In this document: positions 49,630 to 60,390 of the stretch, piece after piece
Position numbering within the stretch: position 1 is the first letter of the stretch
How the letters are laid out: each line of letters starts with the position of its first letter
Virus record (IMG/VR): IMGVR_UViG_3300013121_000037
Location: 32,001-96,000 of that record
DNA: 64,000 nucleotides
Source: a virus
Lineage: Duplodnaviria > Caudoviricetes
Direction: 5' to 3' (one strand)
Notes under the pieces: model-generated
What the model saw: only the letters and a program-made list of their open reading frames with translations
Told to the model about the DNA's origin: nothing
The model's database searches: none
Position numbers and translations under genes: made by a program

Positions 49630-50427
49630 GTAAAAACCTCCCTGTATGGGCGACGAATTAACAATTCTGGCTCACCGGGACTTGCACCCAGCGATACACT
49701 GCCTGATCTGGTGAAATGACAAAAAGCCCAGACTGGCAGCACACCAGAGTTTTTTCACAATTCCCACAATTCCCCTGTGTGAAAGATGAGGCGGGAACTG
49801 GCTTCCCATTCAGCACCAACACCACGGCACCACAATGTAGTTCCCGCCTCATGCGCTCGCGTTGACTCAGGTCACCGGCTGCGGATTGGTCCGCAGTTCC
49901 CAGGAGATATTCGCCAGGTGCGTCTTGGTACCCGACAGGCAAATCATGATATTTTCCAACTCACGCCGAATGGTGCTGGCGTACTCGTAGGTAACGCTAT
50001 CCGCAGTCTTCACGCTGGTGATGGAGTGAAACGCCTGCAGGGCGGCACTGTTGATCTTCTCCACCTCGACGCGAATCCCCTCCAGGTCCGCGTGCAACCG
50101 GTCACCTCGTTCGTCCTTGCTCATGGCATGGTTTCCTCGCAGGAGTTTCCCACTCTGCACCATATGCTGGTCCCGCTTCAATCTGCCGACTGCTGCTGAC
50201 ACAGGACTTCGATCTCGGCCAGTGAATCGTCAACCGCCGTCCAGTTACGTTCACAGAGCGCCCAGCGGGCACGCTCCACCAGTTTCCTGATCTGGGTTAG
50301 TACCTCGGGGCGCACTGCGGAACCTGCCGCCAGTGGCGGTTGTTGCTCATTGGTCATGTTGGTTATCTCTTTTTCCCGGTACTGGGCAAAACTCGACTGT
50401 CTACTTTTGCGCAGTGGTAGAAAATAA

Positions 50428-50571
50428 ACCCTGCCCTGCCGTGCCCAGCCGCGCCCAACCCAGCGATGCCGAACCTCGCCCGACCTCGCCTTGCTACGCC
50501 CGCCCAGCTTTGCCGAGCCAGGCCTCACCCTGCCGAGCCAGGCCTCACCTAGCCCAACCCGACCGTGACAC
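50428..50571 (-). ncRNA. NN-GGY pentamer array B (2 units of 14 pentamers), candidate guide RNA
   Basis: Strict 5-nt periodicity (RCCNN on +) with one 4-nt phase break at 50498-50501; begins just after the stop of 50577..51098. Confidence 0.75.
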
Positions 50572-50576
50572 GCTAA

Positions 50577-51098
50577 TTAAGAACTCTTTTCTTCCAACTG
50601 ATCCACGCGACTGGACAGGTTATCCAGAATGCGAGTGATTCCCGCTTGCTGGCGTGACAATCGCCGGGTCACCTCATACAGTTGGTTGTTGATTGTGGTC
50701 TGTGCGACATGGATAACACGCTCCTGTTCTGTCATCTCGTCCAGGCGTGCATTCTCCATCGTTTCCAGCGCCCATTTCATCTGCCGGTTGCCGCGCCGAG
50801 TCCTACTGTCAGCCAGTTCGCTGTGCTCGTTGGCTCTGGCCATCTTGTACCCGACATTGCGGATGTTGCGCAGCACGCGCTTGTGCTCACGTAACAAGCG
50901 GTGATTGGCGAGGGCAACCGATTGCTGCACCTCACGCTTGCTGTAACAGTGGTCGGTATTCTTCGACAACGCCACTGACAACTCATCGTAGGTGAACACC
51001 GTTCCCGGCACCGCTTCCTTCACCAGATCAATCAGCACGGTCGTGTTGCTCTGACCAGTATCGCGACCGATTTTGAATGTTGTTGCCATAATCCACAT
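50577..51098 (-). CDS. Accessory protein between the two GGY arrays (possible winged HTH plus coiled coil)
   Basis: FTYDELS..RNIRNVGYK wHTH-like pattern; RBS aggaaagg. Confidence 0.65.
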   Translation of the reverse strand: MWIMATTFKIGRDTGQSNTTVLIDLVKEAVPGTVFTYDELSVALSKNTDHCYSKREVQQSVALANHRLLREHKRVLRNIRNVGYKMARANEHSELADSRTRRGNRQMKWALETMENARLDEMTEQERVIHVAQTTINNQLYEVTRRLSRQQAGITRILDNLSSRVDQLEEKSS

Positions 51099-51114
51099 CC
51101 TTTCCTGTTGAAAA

Positions 51115-51145
51115 CCAGTGAGTAGAGCGTTGCTCTACTCACTGG
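51115..51145 (-). terminator. Intrinsic terminator or processing hairpin at the 3' end of array A
   Basis: Perfect 14-bp stem ccagtgagtagagc/gctctactcactgg, followed by TTTT on the minus strand. Confidence 0.7.
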
Positions 51146-51160
51146 CGTCTAAACATGCAG

Positions 51161-51465
51161 ACTTTGCCTAGCCTTGCCCCGCCCTGCCTCGCCCGGCCGT
51201 GCAGCGCCGAACTCTGCCGTGCCCGGTCGTGCCTGCCCTGCCAAGTCCCGCCGTGCCCGACCTAGCACTGCCCCGCTTTACCCCGCCGAGCCTGCCTCGC
51301 CCTGCCTCGCCCTGCCGAACCCGGCCTTGCCTGCCCTGCCGCGCCACACCGGGGCTGGCCGGGCCTCGCCCGGCAGCGCCTATCCTGGCCCAGTCGTGCC
51401 TGCCCTGCTGCGCCGCGCCGCGCCTAGCATCGCCAAGCCCTGCCGAACCGGACCTAACTACGCCT
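51161..51465 (-). ncRNA. NN-GGY pentamer array A (5 units of 12, 13, 7, 11 and 14 pentamers, each opened by AGGC), candidate guide RNA
   Basis: 57 phased pentamers; 4-nt gcct phase breaks at 51231, 51290, 51329, 51398, 51462; overlaps the stop of the RAMP-like gene. Confidence 0.8.
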
Positions 51466-52147
51466 GCTGTTCCATTTGCTCAAAAAACTCTCTTACATCC
51501 GCGATGGAATTGCCGATGGTGGCGTCACTGTCTCTGGTCTTTCTGACGTGGCCACGGAAAGCACCGTAACCGTTGACGCGGTTGTCGCCGATCCTCTCGG
51601 TCTGTCCGGCCAATTCGACGATTTTCACCAGTTCATCGAAATCAAGTCCAGCGTCTGGGATGAATACCGCTGGAACCACCAATGCCCACGGAAAGAACTG
51701 CGGTCGAACACGCATCACCCGCTTGCCACGGATGCCAACTGACAGGCGCGAAGCAAATGCTGGATTGGCCATCAACCGCGCGATTTCGTCGTCCAGATTA
51801 TTCACCTTGTCGCTTCCGTCGTAGATGAGAGCAACGTCCTGCTTGGTCATCAACAACGCTCGCTCAACTTGCTTGCCGAGTTTGTTGATTTTGCCAGTGT
51901 TTATCAAGCACTTGCGAACCTTGCTGCACGGTTGGCTAACAACAATGCCATTGCCGTTGACAGATGCCGTGTAAATGCCACCCAACCACTCCAACCGTTC
52001 GATCTGCTTCAGGTCGTCATCGGTCTTCTTTTTCTTCGAGGTGAACAACTTGATCTGCCGATTCACCTCATATTCAGGGTCTACCATTCGCGGGTTGTGG
52101 CAGAGCAACGGTGACTTCCCCAACAAAACAAACTCGATGTTGACCAT
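51458..52147 (-). CDS. Stand-alone Cas7/RAMP-like protein (Vipr-like)
   Basis: N-terminal strand plus LLGKSPLLCHN; RVMRVRPQF..W; C-terminal Gly-rich loop AGQTERIGDNRVNGYGAF; 229 aa; RBS gagga. Confidence 0.7.
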   Translation of the reverse strand: MVNIEFVLLGKSPLLCHNPRMVDPEYEVNRQIKLFTSKKKKTDDDLKQIERLEWLGGIYTASVNGNGIVVSQPCSKVRKCLINTGKINKLGKQVERALLMTKQDVALIYDGSDKVNNLDDEIARLMANPAFASRLSVGIRGKRVMRVRPQFFPWALVVPAVFIPDAGLDFDELVKIVELAGQTERIGDNRVNGYGAFRGHVRKTRDSDATIGNSIADVREFFEQMEQQA

Positions 52148-52492
52148 GCTTAATTCCTCGTATTGTGTTGGTGGTTCACTGGTCAAAACTCGACTGTCTA
52201 CTTTTGCGCAGTGGGTAAAAAAAACGGCAGTGATGGGTGTGCAACAACAAGTCGCACGCTAACAGGTGGTGCAACGAACCTCAGAATCACCACCACTGCC
52301 GTTGTTCTCAACGTGGCCTGCTGTTGTGCCCCACATGCCACTGCTGGCAATGTGGACACTGGTAGCAGTGCATGTGCCGGATACCGTCACTGTTGCGGTT
52401 GATAAGTCCCAGCAAATGTCGCTGGGCGCTCGCCTGATTGGCATGGGCGATCTTGCCGGTGCGGGTACACTTCGGCAGGGTGCGCAGGGTCA

Positions 52493-53140
52493 TCATGACT
52501 TCACCTCGCTCTTGCGGCCCCGCTTGCCACGCCCTTCCTCCAGCAACTGCCGCAGGATGTTGACCAGTTGCTCTGGCAGTGGCGGTTCACTGACCGCCAC
52601 CGCGGGCGGTTCTGGCTGGGGTGGTGTCACCTGCGCCTGGATGAGTGCTTCCATCTTCTGGTGCTTATCGCTGGCATCCGCCAGAGCTTCATCCAGAAAG
52701 TTGGTGTAAAAGCACCCGGGCGAACTGGTACGCCAGATATTGGCATACCAGGGCACTCCAGAGGCGCAAGGCAGCGGTTCCTGCAACTCGGGCACCTGAA
52801 AGCGAGCGTTGACCCGGCCATAGATTTGCAGGGCCTGCCAGGGTTTCGTGTCATCGGCCTGCTGCGCCATGGTGACGTAAATGGGCGCACACTCTGGAAA
52901 TTGCAGGGCAATCTCCGTGCGCTGGGAATACGCTTCAAACGTCTGGCTTCGGGGCAACGACTCCAGAAACTTCTCCAGTGGGCCAAGCAAGGTCTGTAAG
53001 CCCGCCAGCACACGCTCCCAGCGGCGATTGAGCACGCCTTCGCGGCTGGCAATCTCCGCCTGCTTCTTCGCTGCTTCGGCCTTGCGCACCTCGTTGAGTT
53101 TGATTCGTCCCGAGGCAATTGCTTCCTGTAACGCAGTCAT
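52493..53140 (-). CDS. Hypothetical protein
   Basis: Start MTALQE with RBS ggagg. Confidence 0.55.
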   Translation of the reverse strand: MTALQEAIASGRIKLNEVRKAEAAKKQAEIASREGVLNRRWERVLAGLQTLLGPLEKFLESLPRSQTFEAYSQRTEIALQFPECAPIYVTMAQQADDTKPWQALQIYGRVNARFQVPELQEPLPCASGVPWYANIWRTSSPGCFYTNFLDEALADASDKHQKMEALIQAQVTPPQPEPPAVAVSEPPLPEQLVNILRQLLEEGRGKRGRKSEVKS

Positions 53141-53984
53141 GTCTTTTCCTCCGTTCTCCGTTAGTGGTTCAGGTTCCCTGCTCCAGTTGCCGCACCTCAG
53201 CGCTGGGCAGACCGTAGGTGATGCCACGCTTCGCTTCCAGTTCGAGCGCGGCATCCACAATCTTCTGGGCGCGTTCCGCCACCCCTTCCGCGTTGATGGC
53301 GTAGGTGGCCAGTCCACCAAGCACATGGGCCAGCAGCAGCAGTCGCGGTGGCGGATACTCCTGGTGCGGTTCAGACAACCGCTGCACACAACCGTTGTTG
53401 TCCAGGACAGGTTGACTCATGGGTTCCTCCTCGTGTTGCTGGTCACTGCGCAAAAGTAAACAGTCGCATTTTGCGCAGCGACCTACTCCTGAAGCAGCGC
53501 CAGTGCCTGCCGAAACACCGACAGAAACTCACTGCGCTCGCAGAACAGCAGACCGCTGGCCAGAAACTGGCACTGCACCACATCGCCTGCCGGTGACTCC
53601 AGTACCATCCCGGCCAGCACCGGCACGCCATTGCACTCACCATGCAACCAGTTCCAGGTCCACAATTCGCCGCCAATGGACAGCACCCCAGAGCAGTCGT
53701 TGCTGTCCTCTGGCTGTACGAACCAGTGAACCGCCTCAGTGCGCACCGGTAGCGTGGACAGCGACATCGTTGCTCCTTGTGCTGCTGGTAAAGCAGCGAC
53801 TGGTGTTGAACGGTCAAGTTTCCAGGTCGTTCCCGGCAGGCATGGCTTGACTTCAAGTCTCAGGTAACCGAATAATACGGTTACTGGTTACTGGTGTCAA
53901 TACTCAGCAGAGAAAAACTTGCTGATTATCAACCGAATAAGTAGATGAGGAAGTCAATTGACTTTACAACTTTCACCTGTTCTC

Positions 53985-54260
53985 ATGGAATCGGCGGCAA
54001 TGAAATCTGAAGTAAAACCTCCTGTTAGTGCCGATACCACGATGGCCAAGAAAAAAACCAAGCAGGAAGAACAGGACAGCAAGGATGCCAAGAACCTTGC
54101 CATCAAGGTCGAAGCACGCATTGTTCGGCAACTGCGCATCATTTGCGATCATCGCGGCATCGACATCGTTGACTACGCCAGCGATTTGCTACGGGTGCCA
54201 GTGGCCACTGCGTATCGCATCGTGGCCGATGAAATCCGCGACGATGCTAACAAGGACTGA
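53985..54260 (+). CDS. Small divergently oriented regulator (ribbon-helix-helix-like)
   Basis: NLAIKVEARIVRQLRIICDHRGIDI; follows an AT-rich divergent intergenic region; start uncertain. Confidence 0.45.
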   Translation: MESAAMKSEVKPPVSADTTMAKKKTKQEEQDSKDAKNLAIKVEARIVRQLRIICDHRGIDIVDYASDLLRVPVATAYRIVADEIRDDANKD

Positions 54261-55490
54261 CCTACCCTGCACTCAATTGTAAATTCGTGGTGGGAATCTT
54301 ACGCACCGAACCCGGTACACGTCAGTCTGTACCTGTCGGTCTGTTCAGATGTTTTCTGCTGTACTGTCGGGCGTGGCCCCAGTCTGCTGGTTACCAGACC
54401 CACCAGACCACTCGGGTAAACCGTACCCCTGCGGACGGGCATTGGGGTCATTGGTCAGGGTGCCATCGCGCACCATCTCGGCCAGTTTCGCCTTGACCGT
54501 GCTTTCTCCCCATGTCATATATCTTTTGTCAAGAGCATTCAGTATCTGCGATGTGGTCAGACGATGACCTGCAGATCGCAGGACCGAGATAATGTCCTGG
54601 CGGCAGGTACTGGCGTCGTGCCGCACCGGTGGCGGTGCGGCTGGGAGCGTGACCTGAAAGGCACCACCGTGCAACAGGCGCACCTCGATGGTGACCTCAT
54701 CCTCCACGCTGTCCAGAAACGTATGCAGACTGGCCAGCAGAGCTTTTCTGTCAGGTCCAGGTGGCAAAGGCGCACCACAGGCGAGTCAACCAGATGGTTG
54801 ACAGATTCTGGTGAGTAGTCCTGCCCGGTCATGGAGAACCAGGCACCTGAAAATCAGGCAGCGTCCTGATGCACAGAGCGTGCCAGAACTGTGAATTCTC
54901 CAGGTGGAGGCGCTGGCGGAACCGAAGTGCGAAACAGCGGCAAGGTCGCGTTGCCCACCTGCAACCACCCAGCCAGGTGCAGGGACGGGAACTCACGCAG
55001 CAGGTTTTCCGCCAGTGCGGTAGATGACATGGTGTTCATGGGAGTTTTCTCCTCGCTGGGACAGCATACGCTATTTTAGTGTACGTTGGTACATTAGCAA
55101 GAGAAAACCTGTACCAGTCAGCGCAAAGAAAAACCCGCTGCACCAGCAGCGGGTTTTCAGGTTGGTGCTGGTCAAAACTCGACTGTCTACTTTTGACCAG
55201 CAAGCGAAGTTGTCGTTGTGGGGTCAGAAGCGGATGCTGAACTCCCGCGCGAGGGCGGTGGCCTCGGCGCGGGTCAGGTGGCCGCTGCTGGACGAATCGG
55301 GAGTGGCATTCCACCAGCTTCCGCTCGTCCAGCGGGCGAACCAGAACAGTTGCCGCCCACCGCCACCATCGACGGTGATCTGGCCGGGTTCCCGCCGATT
55401 TTCACGGAGCCATTCCCGGGCGCGGTTGACGGCATCCTGGCCGGTCTGCTGCTGCCAAAATTCGTTGGCCGTTTGCGCTGGCATGGTCTA

Positions 55491-55869
55491 TCTCCTCATT
55501 GCCGGCCTGGTGAACCCCGCGCCGCCGGCGCAGCGCGTGGAGTGAAGTAATCAGTACATCCGCTGGCCGTGCAGGCAATGACCATGCTCCGACCAGCCTT
55601 CCTCTTGCTGGCGGTCGCGGGACGACGGCCCGACTCGGAACAGCATGTGCCGTTCACCTGCTACTACAACTTCCGGGGCACTCCCCCGGAGCAAACCGTA
55701 GCAAGTCTCCGTCTCCAGGTCGGCCCCTGCCACCACAAAGGCGGCATACACGGGGTCGCCAGGCTCGCGACGAACAGACACGCACGCCGTCCGTCCGTGC
55801 TCATCAATGTGGATGGTTTCAATCGCCATTTCCATTCTCCTCATTGCCGGCCTGGTGAACCCCGCGCCG
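55491..55869 (-). repeat. 34-bp direct repeat forming the leader/RBS of two small genes
   Basis: tctcctcattgccggcctggtgaaccccgcgccg at 55491 and 55836. Confidence 0.85.
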
Positions 55870-56133
55870 TGCCGGCACAGCGCGGGGGAAGTGGATCGTC
55901 AATCCTCGTCTGGAATTGCGTGCTCTGGACACAGATCGGTAGCACCGTCGCAAGACGGGCCGTGACCAGGGACGATTCGGGTGCGGTTCTCGCACCCGCA
56001 CGCGGCGACAGTGACACGGTAATCACCGTCACGACGCGACACCGCCGCCGCAAACTGCGGGCGACGGTGCAAAATGTGGCACGACTCCAGTACAGTGGTT
56101 CGGAAACCCATTGTCCTTCTCCTCTCATTGCTC

Positions 56134-57915
56134 GCCCACCCCTACCTACGCTCGGCAGGGGTGAGCGATGACACTATTTTCGTTTCTGCGCTGCGACCTG
56201 TGCCCGCTGTTCAGCGAGCCAGTCGCCGCAGTCAGCGTGGCGACGACGGCCTTTCGGCCAACCGCCGCCGTGTGGGGTGGGGATCACTGGCACTCCCGAC
56301 ACGTCCCTCGTTCTCGCTGGGGTGGCCGCTCCACGGCGTACCGAGCCGCACGGCTGCTCAGGCCGGTGTCGTGCTCGACCTCAAGCCCGTCCGGGCCGAT
56401 GAGAGTAAGATAGGGGTACTGGTCACCGGACCATCCGGGCATCACGGCTACGACGCGAAATCGTCTGCCATACAGTTTGGTCACGATGATGTCGCCCACT
56501 TGTAACTCATGGGCTAACAGATTGATTGCCACAGTCCACCTCACGCGAGCGAAGATCCCCGGCATCAATGCCCTTGAATGTGTACAATTTGTCGCCGCAT
56601 GGACCACCCCACACCGAGATCCAGTAACCACGGCGGTTATGGTGTGTGACGACACAAGGGCCGTCCTGGGGGCCGATATGCCGCCAGCACCAGCGGGCGG
56701 CGTTGTCGATCTCCGGGTAGTAGCCCTCGGTCCAGACCTGGTACGGGAACCGTTTCCTCAGTTCTTCCAGTTCGGCCAGGCGGTAGATTTCGCGGCCCTC
56801 TTCCAGGAAATTTTCAAACGTGGTGATTTTCATTGGACTCCTTTTGCTTGTTTGAGCAGATCGGCATACTCCCGCATCTGCTCCTTTGATTCTTTGATAA
56901 CGTCATCGGCCGACAGAACCTCATACACGCTGTCGTAACAACAACCGCGTGGACACTTCTGCTGGTACGAGAGGAGCAGGTAACGTCCCGGCCCCTCGTA
57001 GGTGCCGATCTGAACTCGGGCGGTCCAGAACTGCTCGTAGGTGAGCCGGCCGCACCGCTTCAGATTCTGGAACTGTTGTTCGTTCGCCACGTCGAACCAC
57101 CGGCCGTCCGTCAGTGCTTGTCTTGGCATGACATAACTCCATGAAAAAAAGGCACGTTCTCAGACCAGCGCTGGCAATCCTTACCCGTGTAGGTATCCAC
57201 CTCCGTCTGGATTGGGTCTACTCCTCCGCTACTACGTGGGGAGGAACCCTGCTTCTGGCCCTGTCGGCGCTTCTGGGCAGCCCTGATAAGCTGCTGCATT
57301 CGCTCACGCTGCTCCGGGTCCGGGCCGACCCAGTAGGAGCAGGCGGGATTGTCGTTGTCACGATTCTCCTGGCGAGCGTGATCCCTGGCTTCCTGCTCGC
57401 TGGCATGAGTGGATACTACGCCCACGGCGGAACCGGTCGAAGCAAACCCCCAGACGACTGCGAACATTGGTTGATCTCCTTCGTTGTTGTTACCCACCCC
57501 TACTACGCTCGGCAGGGATGGGCGATGACTCTGGATTAAGTGGAGGTTTCATGGGGGAACCATGAAATTGTCTCTGTGCCAACTCGAATCTTGATCTTGC
57601 TTTCGTCGAAATTTTTCAGGCGACAGGAGAAGCTGGCCATCTGGAGGCGCCCTCGTGGCGATCCGGCCAGCACCTGAATCCTGCCGTTTTCACTGGGGTG
57701 GGAACCGCCTACCACTCCACCAGCAACCCATGTGACTAACGCTGGCGTACCATCATTCAGGACGCAATTTGGAGTGTTCGCCTCCCAGAACCGGGAGGCA
57801 GGGATACCGTCAGTGCGATTAAAATACAGCATGTCCTTTTCCTCAGTTGTGCCCACCCCTACCTACGCTCGGCAGGGGTGAGCGATGACACTATTTTCGT
57901 TTCTGCGCTGCGACC
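56134..57915 (-). repeat. 65-bp exact direct repeat (56134-56198, 57851-57915) with a partial third copy at ~57493-57530
   Basis: gcccacccctacctacgctcggcaggggtgagcgatgacactattttcgtttctgcgctgcgacc. Confidence 0.9.
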
Positions 57916-58178
57916 AGGTCTCGCTGCTCCCGCAGCCATGCCCGCAGCAGATCCTGGTGTTCCGGTGACGGGCGACGTTCACCCGTGAGCCAGCGGTGAA
58001 CGGTGCGGCGCTCAGGCACGCCCAGAGCGTCGGCAATCGCCTGGAGCGAGCGCACGCCCCGCAGGGGGTGGTGCTCCAGCAGCGACCGCAGACCGAGGCG
58101 AACGGCCTGCCAGTCGCCGGTGTCAGCGTGGCGACGGCGACCCTTCGGCCAACCGCCGCCGTGTGGGTTGGTGGTCAT
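57891..58178 (-). CDS. XRE-like HTH protein
   Basis: LQAIADALGVPERRTVHRWLTGERRP. Confidence 0.7.
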   Translation of the reverse strand: MTTNPHGGGWPKGRRRHADTGDWQAVRLGLRSLLEHHPLRGVRSLQAIADALGVPERRTVHRWLTGERRPSPEHQDLLRAWLREQRDLVAAQKRK

Positions 58179-59087
58179 GACTGCCGTTCCCAGTGGCCGT
58201 TTTTGACGGAGAAATCGTTCTCCCGGCAAAGGGAGTAGACCTCCCCCTCCACGCAGGGAACGATTCTCCCGTTGCTGAAGTGTGCTGCCCCACCAGTCCA
58301 CTCCAGTAAGGCACAGTCGTCTCCAGACACACTGAGATCGGCGGGAGCTTGGGCTACTACCGAGTAACCGTACAGGCCCCCATCACGCGATGCCAACCCG
58401 CCCATCTCGTATCCCATGAATTCTGCCATCTCTCATCCCTCCCTTGTGCCCCTCTCGGGGCGATTGCGGCCACGGGCGAGGTGGCCGGTGGTGGTGTGGT
58501 GTTACAAACCCGCTGAATTTTTGGTGGCCAACGACTCCAAATCGAAGCACAGTTGGGCGTAGCGTTTTCCGGTGTAGTTGTCCCGATCCTGCCGCCCGAC
58601 AAAATCGAGTGGATTGAATTCGTCAATCTCCAGTTCCGGTTTCAGGAACGGATCTCCTGGAATGCGTGCCTTCTGCATGCTCGGCCTTGCATTCAGTCGA
58701 GCCAATGCGGCTTCCGCCTCCTGGCGGGTCGCGGCCAGGGCGTACAACCGGCGACAACTGCGAGTGATGCCATCACCCGGAGCAGACGTGCGACCAATCG
58801 CATCAACCAGTGTCGAAGCGTACACGCAAAATTTAGCCTTCATCTTCGTCATCTCCTGATTGCGGCCACAATTAGTGGCCTGTTGTGTGGTGTCCGTCGC
58901 ACTCATCACACCATATTATTCGTGCTTCAGAAATGGGTATTTCACAGAATTATTTATAAACTTCTGTACACTTCTGCGCAAAATGCTACTGTCTACTTTT
59001 GACCAGTAGTGAACGTCATGGCAGTGTGGCACCTGAATTGCTGTTGCCTCCAGCACCACGGTAATACGGGTCTGGGAGGTATCTGCA

Positions 59088-59366
59088 ATGCAACTTTTCA
59101 CGGTGGCTGAGGTGGCGGCACAACTGCGACTGTCTCGAGCCATGATCTATCAACTATGCCAGCGTGGCGACCTGCGGCACGAACGCCACGGTCTGCGCCG
59201 CGGCAAGATCCTCATTCCCGCCGACGCCATAGCGGACTACAGACAGTCCAGGACGCACCAGGCACAGTGCGACCACCAGGAACCTGTTGAGGAACCCTAT
59301 CATTTTGAGTTTATCCGCCCGCGACCTTCCCCAAAGCAGCCAGCAAGTAACTGTGATCGTGGTTGA
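59088..59366 (+). CDS. xis: Excisionase (HTH_17 type)
   Basis: LFTVAEVAAQLRLSRAMIYQL; convergent with the integrase. Confidence 0.8.
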   Translation: MQLFTVAEVAAQLRLSRAMIYQLCQRGDLRHERHGLRRGKILIPADAIADYRQSRTHQAQCDHQEPVEEPYHFEFIRPRPSPKQPASNCDRG

Positions 59367-60375
59367 TATGCGCGTAGACGCGGGCCAGCATGGACGTATC
59401 GCTGTGACCCAGCAGAATCGAGACGGTCAGCGCATCCACCCCAGCGGCCAGCAACCGGGTTGCCAGGGAGTGCCGGTAATCGGTCAAACAGAACTTCTTG
59501 CCCAGTTTCCGGGCCAGATAGCGAAACCGGCAATTGGTGGCGTCAGGCGTCCAGGGCAAATCGTCGGTGTTCCGAAAGAGCGGTCCCGCCGGCCAGCGGG
59601 CCGCCAACCGTGCCACAATCGCCTCTGCCTCCGCATTCAAGTAGATCAGTCGCACGGGCGTGCCTGGCTTCTCCTCCCCCAGCGCAAAGCGGATACGGTG
59701 ATTGGCCAGGTCGAGGTGGCGTGCCTCCAGCGCGATGGTTTCCTGACAGCGTGCCCCCGTGTGCCAGGAAAAGTTGCACAAATCGCGAAACTGCTCATCC
59801 CGCGACAGTGCCAGGATCTGCTGATGTTCCTCCGGAGCAATCACGTTGTCCCGGCGCCCACCCGGCGGCTTTTTCAGATGGGCAATGGGGTTCTTCTCAA
59901 TCAACCCCTGCTCCACGCACCAGGACAGGCACCGCTTCACGGCTCGCACATAGTTGCGCTTCGTGCCACTGGTCACATTCCTCATCCCATCCAGCCACTG
60001 CTGGACATGGAATGGTTTTAACTCAGTGACCAGCAAGTCAACGGGAATGTTCTCTGAAAAAACCTGCAACCGATCGGCGTACCATCTATGGGTGTCGTCA
60101 GCACGGTTGGCCTTTACCCATTTCAGGAACCTGTCCAGCAAAACTACCACGGCTAACCGGTGGTGCCTCTGCACGGGTTGCTTGCCAGGCTTTGGTTGTG
60201 CCAGCAGACGCTGAAAGGCGTCAAGAATTGGTGACGGCGGGTTCCACCCCAGTTTGCCTTTTCTGGGGCGCGGCAGGTCGGCAGGATGCTCCCCCAGCAG
60301 ATACTGATGCCCCGCCAGGGTCACCCACCAGGAATTCCGACTGGGCCTGTACCAGGGTTTCGCCGGTCGGGACAT
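59311..60375 (-). CDS. int: Tyrosine integrase
   Basis: TGARCQE, YRHSLAT, LLGHSDTSMLARVY. Confidence 0.93.
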   Translation of the reverse strand: MSRPAKPWYRPSRNSWWVTLAGHQYLLGEHPADLPRPRKGKLGWNPPSPILDAFQRLLAQPKPGKQPVQRHHRLAVVVLLDRFLKWVKANRADDTHRWYADRLQVFSENIPVDLLVTELKPFHVQQWLDGMRNVTSGTKRNYVRAVKRCLSWCVEQGLIEKNPIAHLKKPPGGRRDNVIAPEEHQQILALSRDEQFRDLCNFSWHTGARCQETIALEARHLDLANHRIRFALGEEKPGTPVRLIYLNAEAEAIVARLAARWPAGPLFRNTDDLPWTPDATNCRFRYLARKLGKKFCLTDYRHSLATRLLAAGVDALTVSILLGHSDTSMLARVYAHINHDHSYLLAALGKVAGG

Positions 60376-60390
60376 GGTTCGTGGTGACCA

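Noticed and set aside
51174-51569. + strand Pro/Ala/Arg-rich ORFs over array A, and the N-terminal extension of ORF 50178..50528 over array B
   Set aside because: By-products of a stop-poor 5-nt periodic sequence; a 5-nt period does not fit codon structure.
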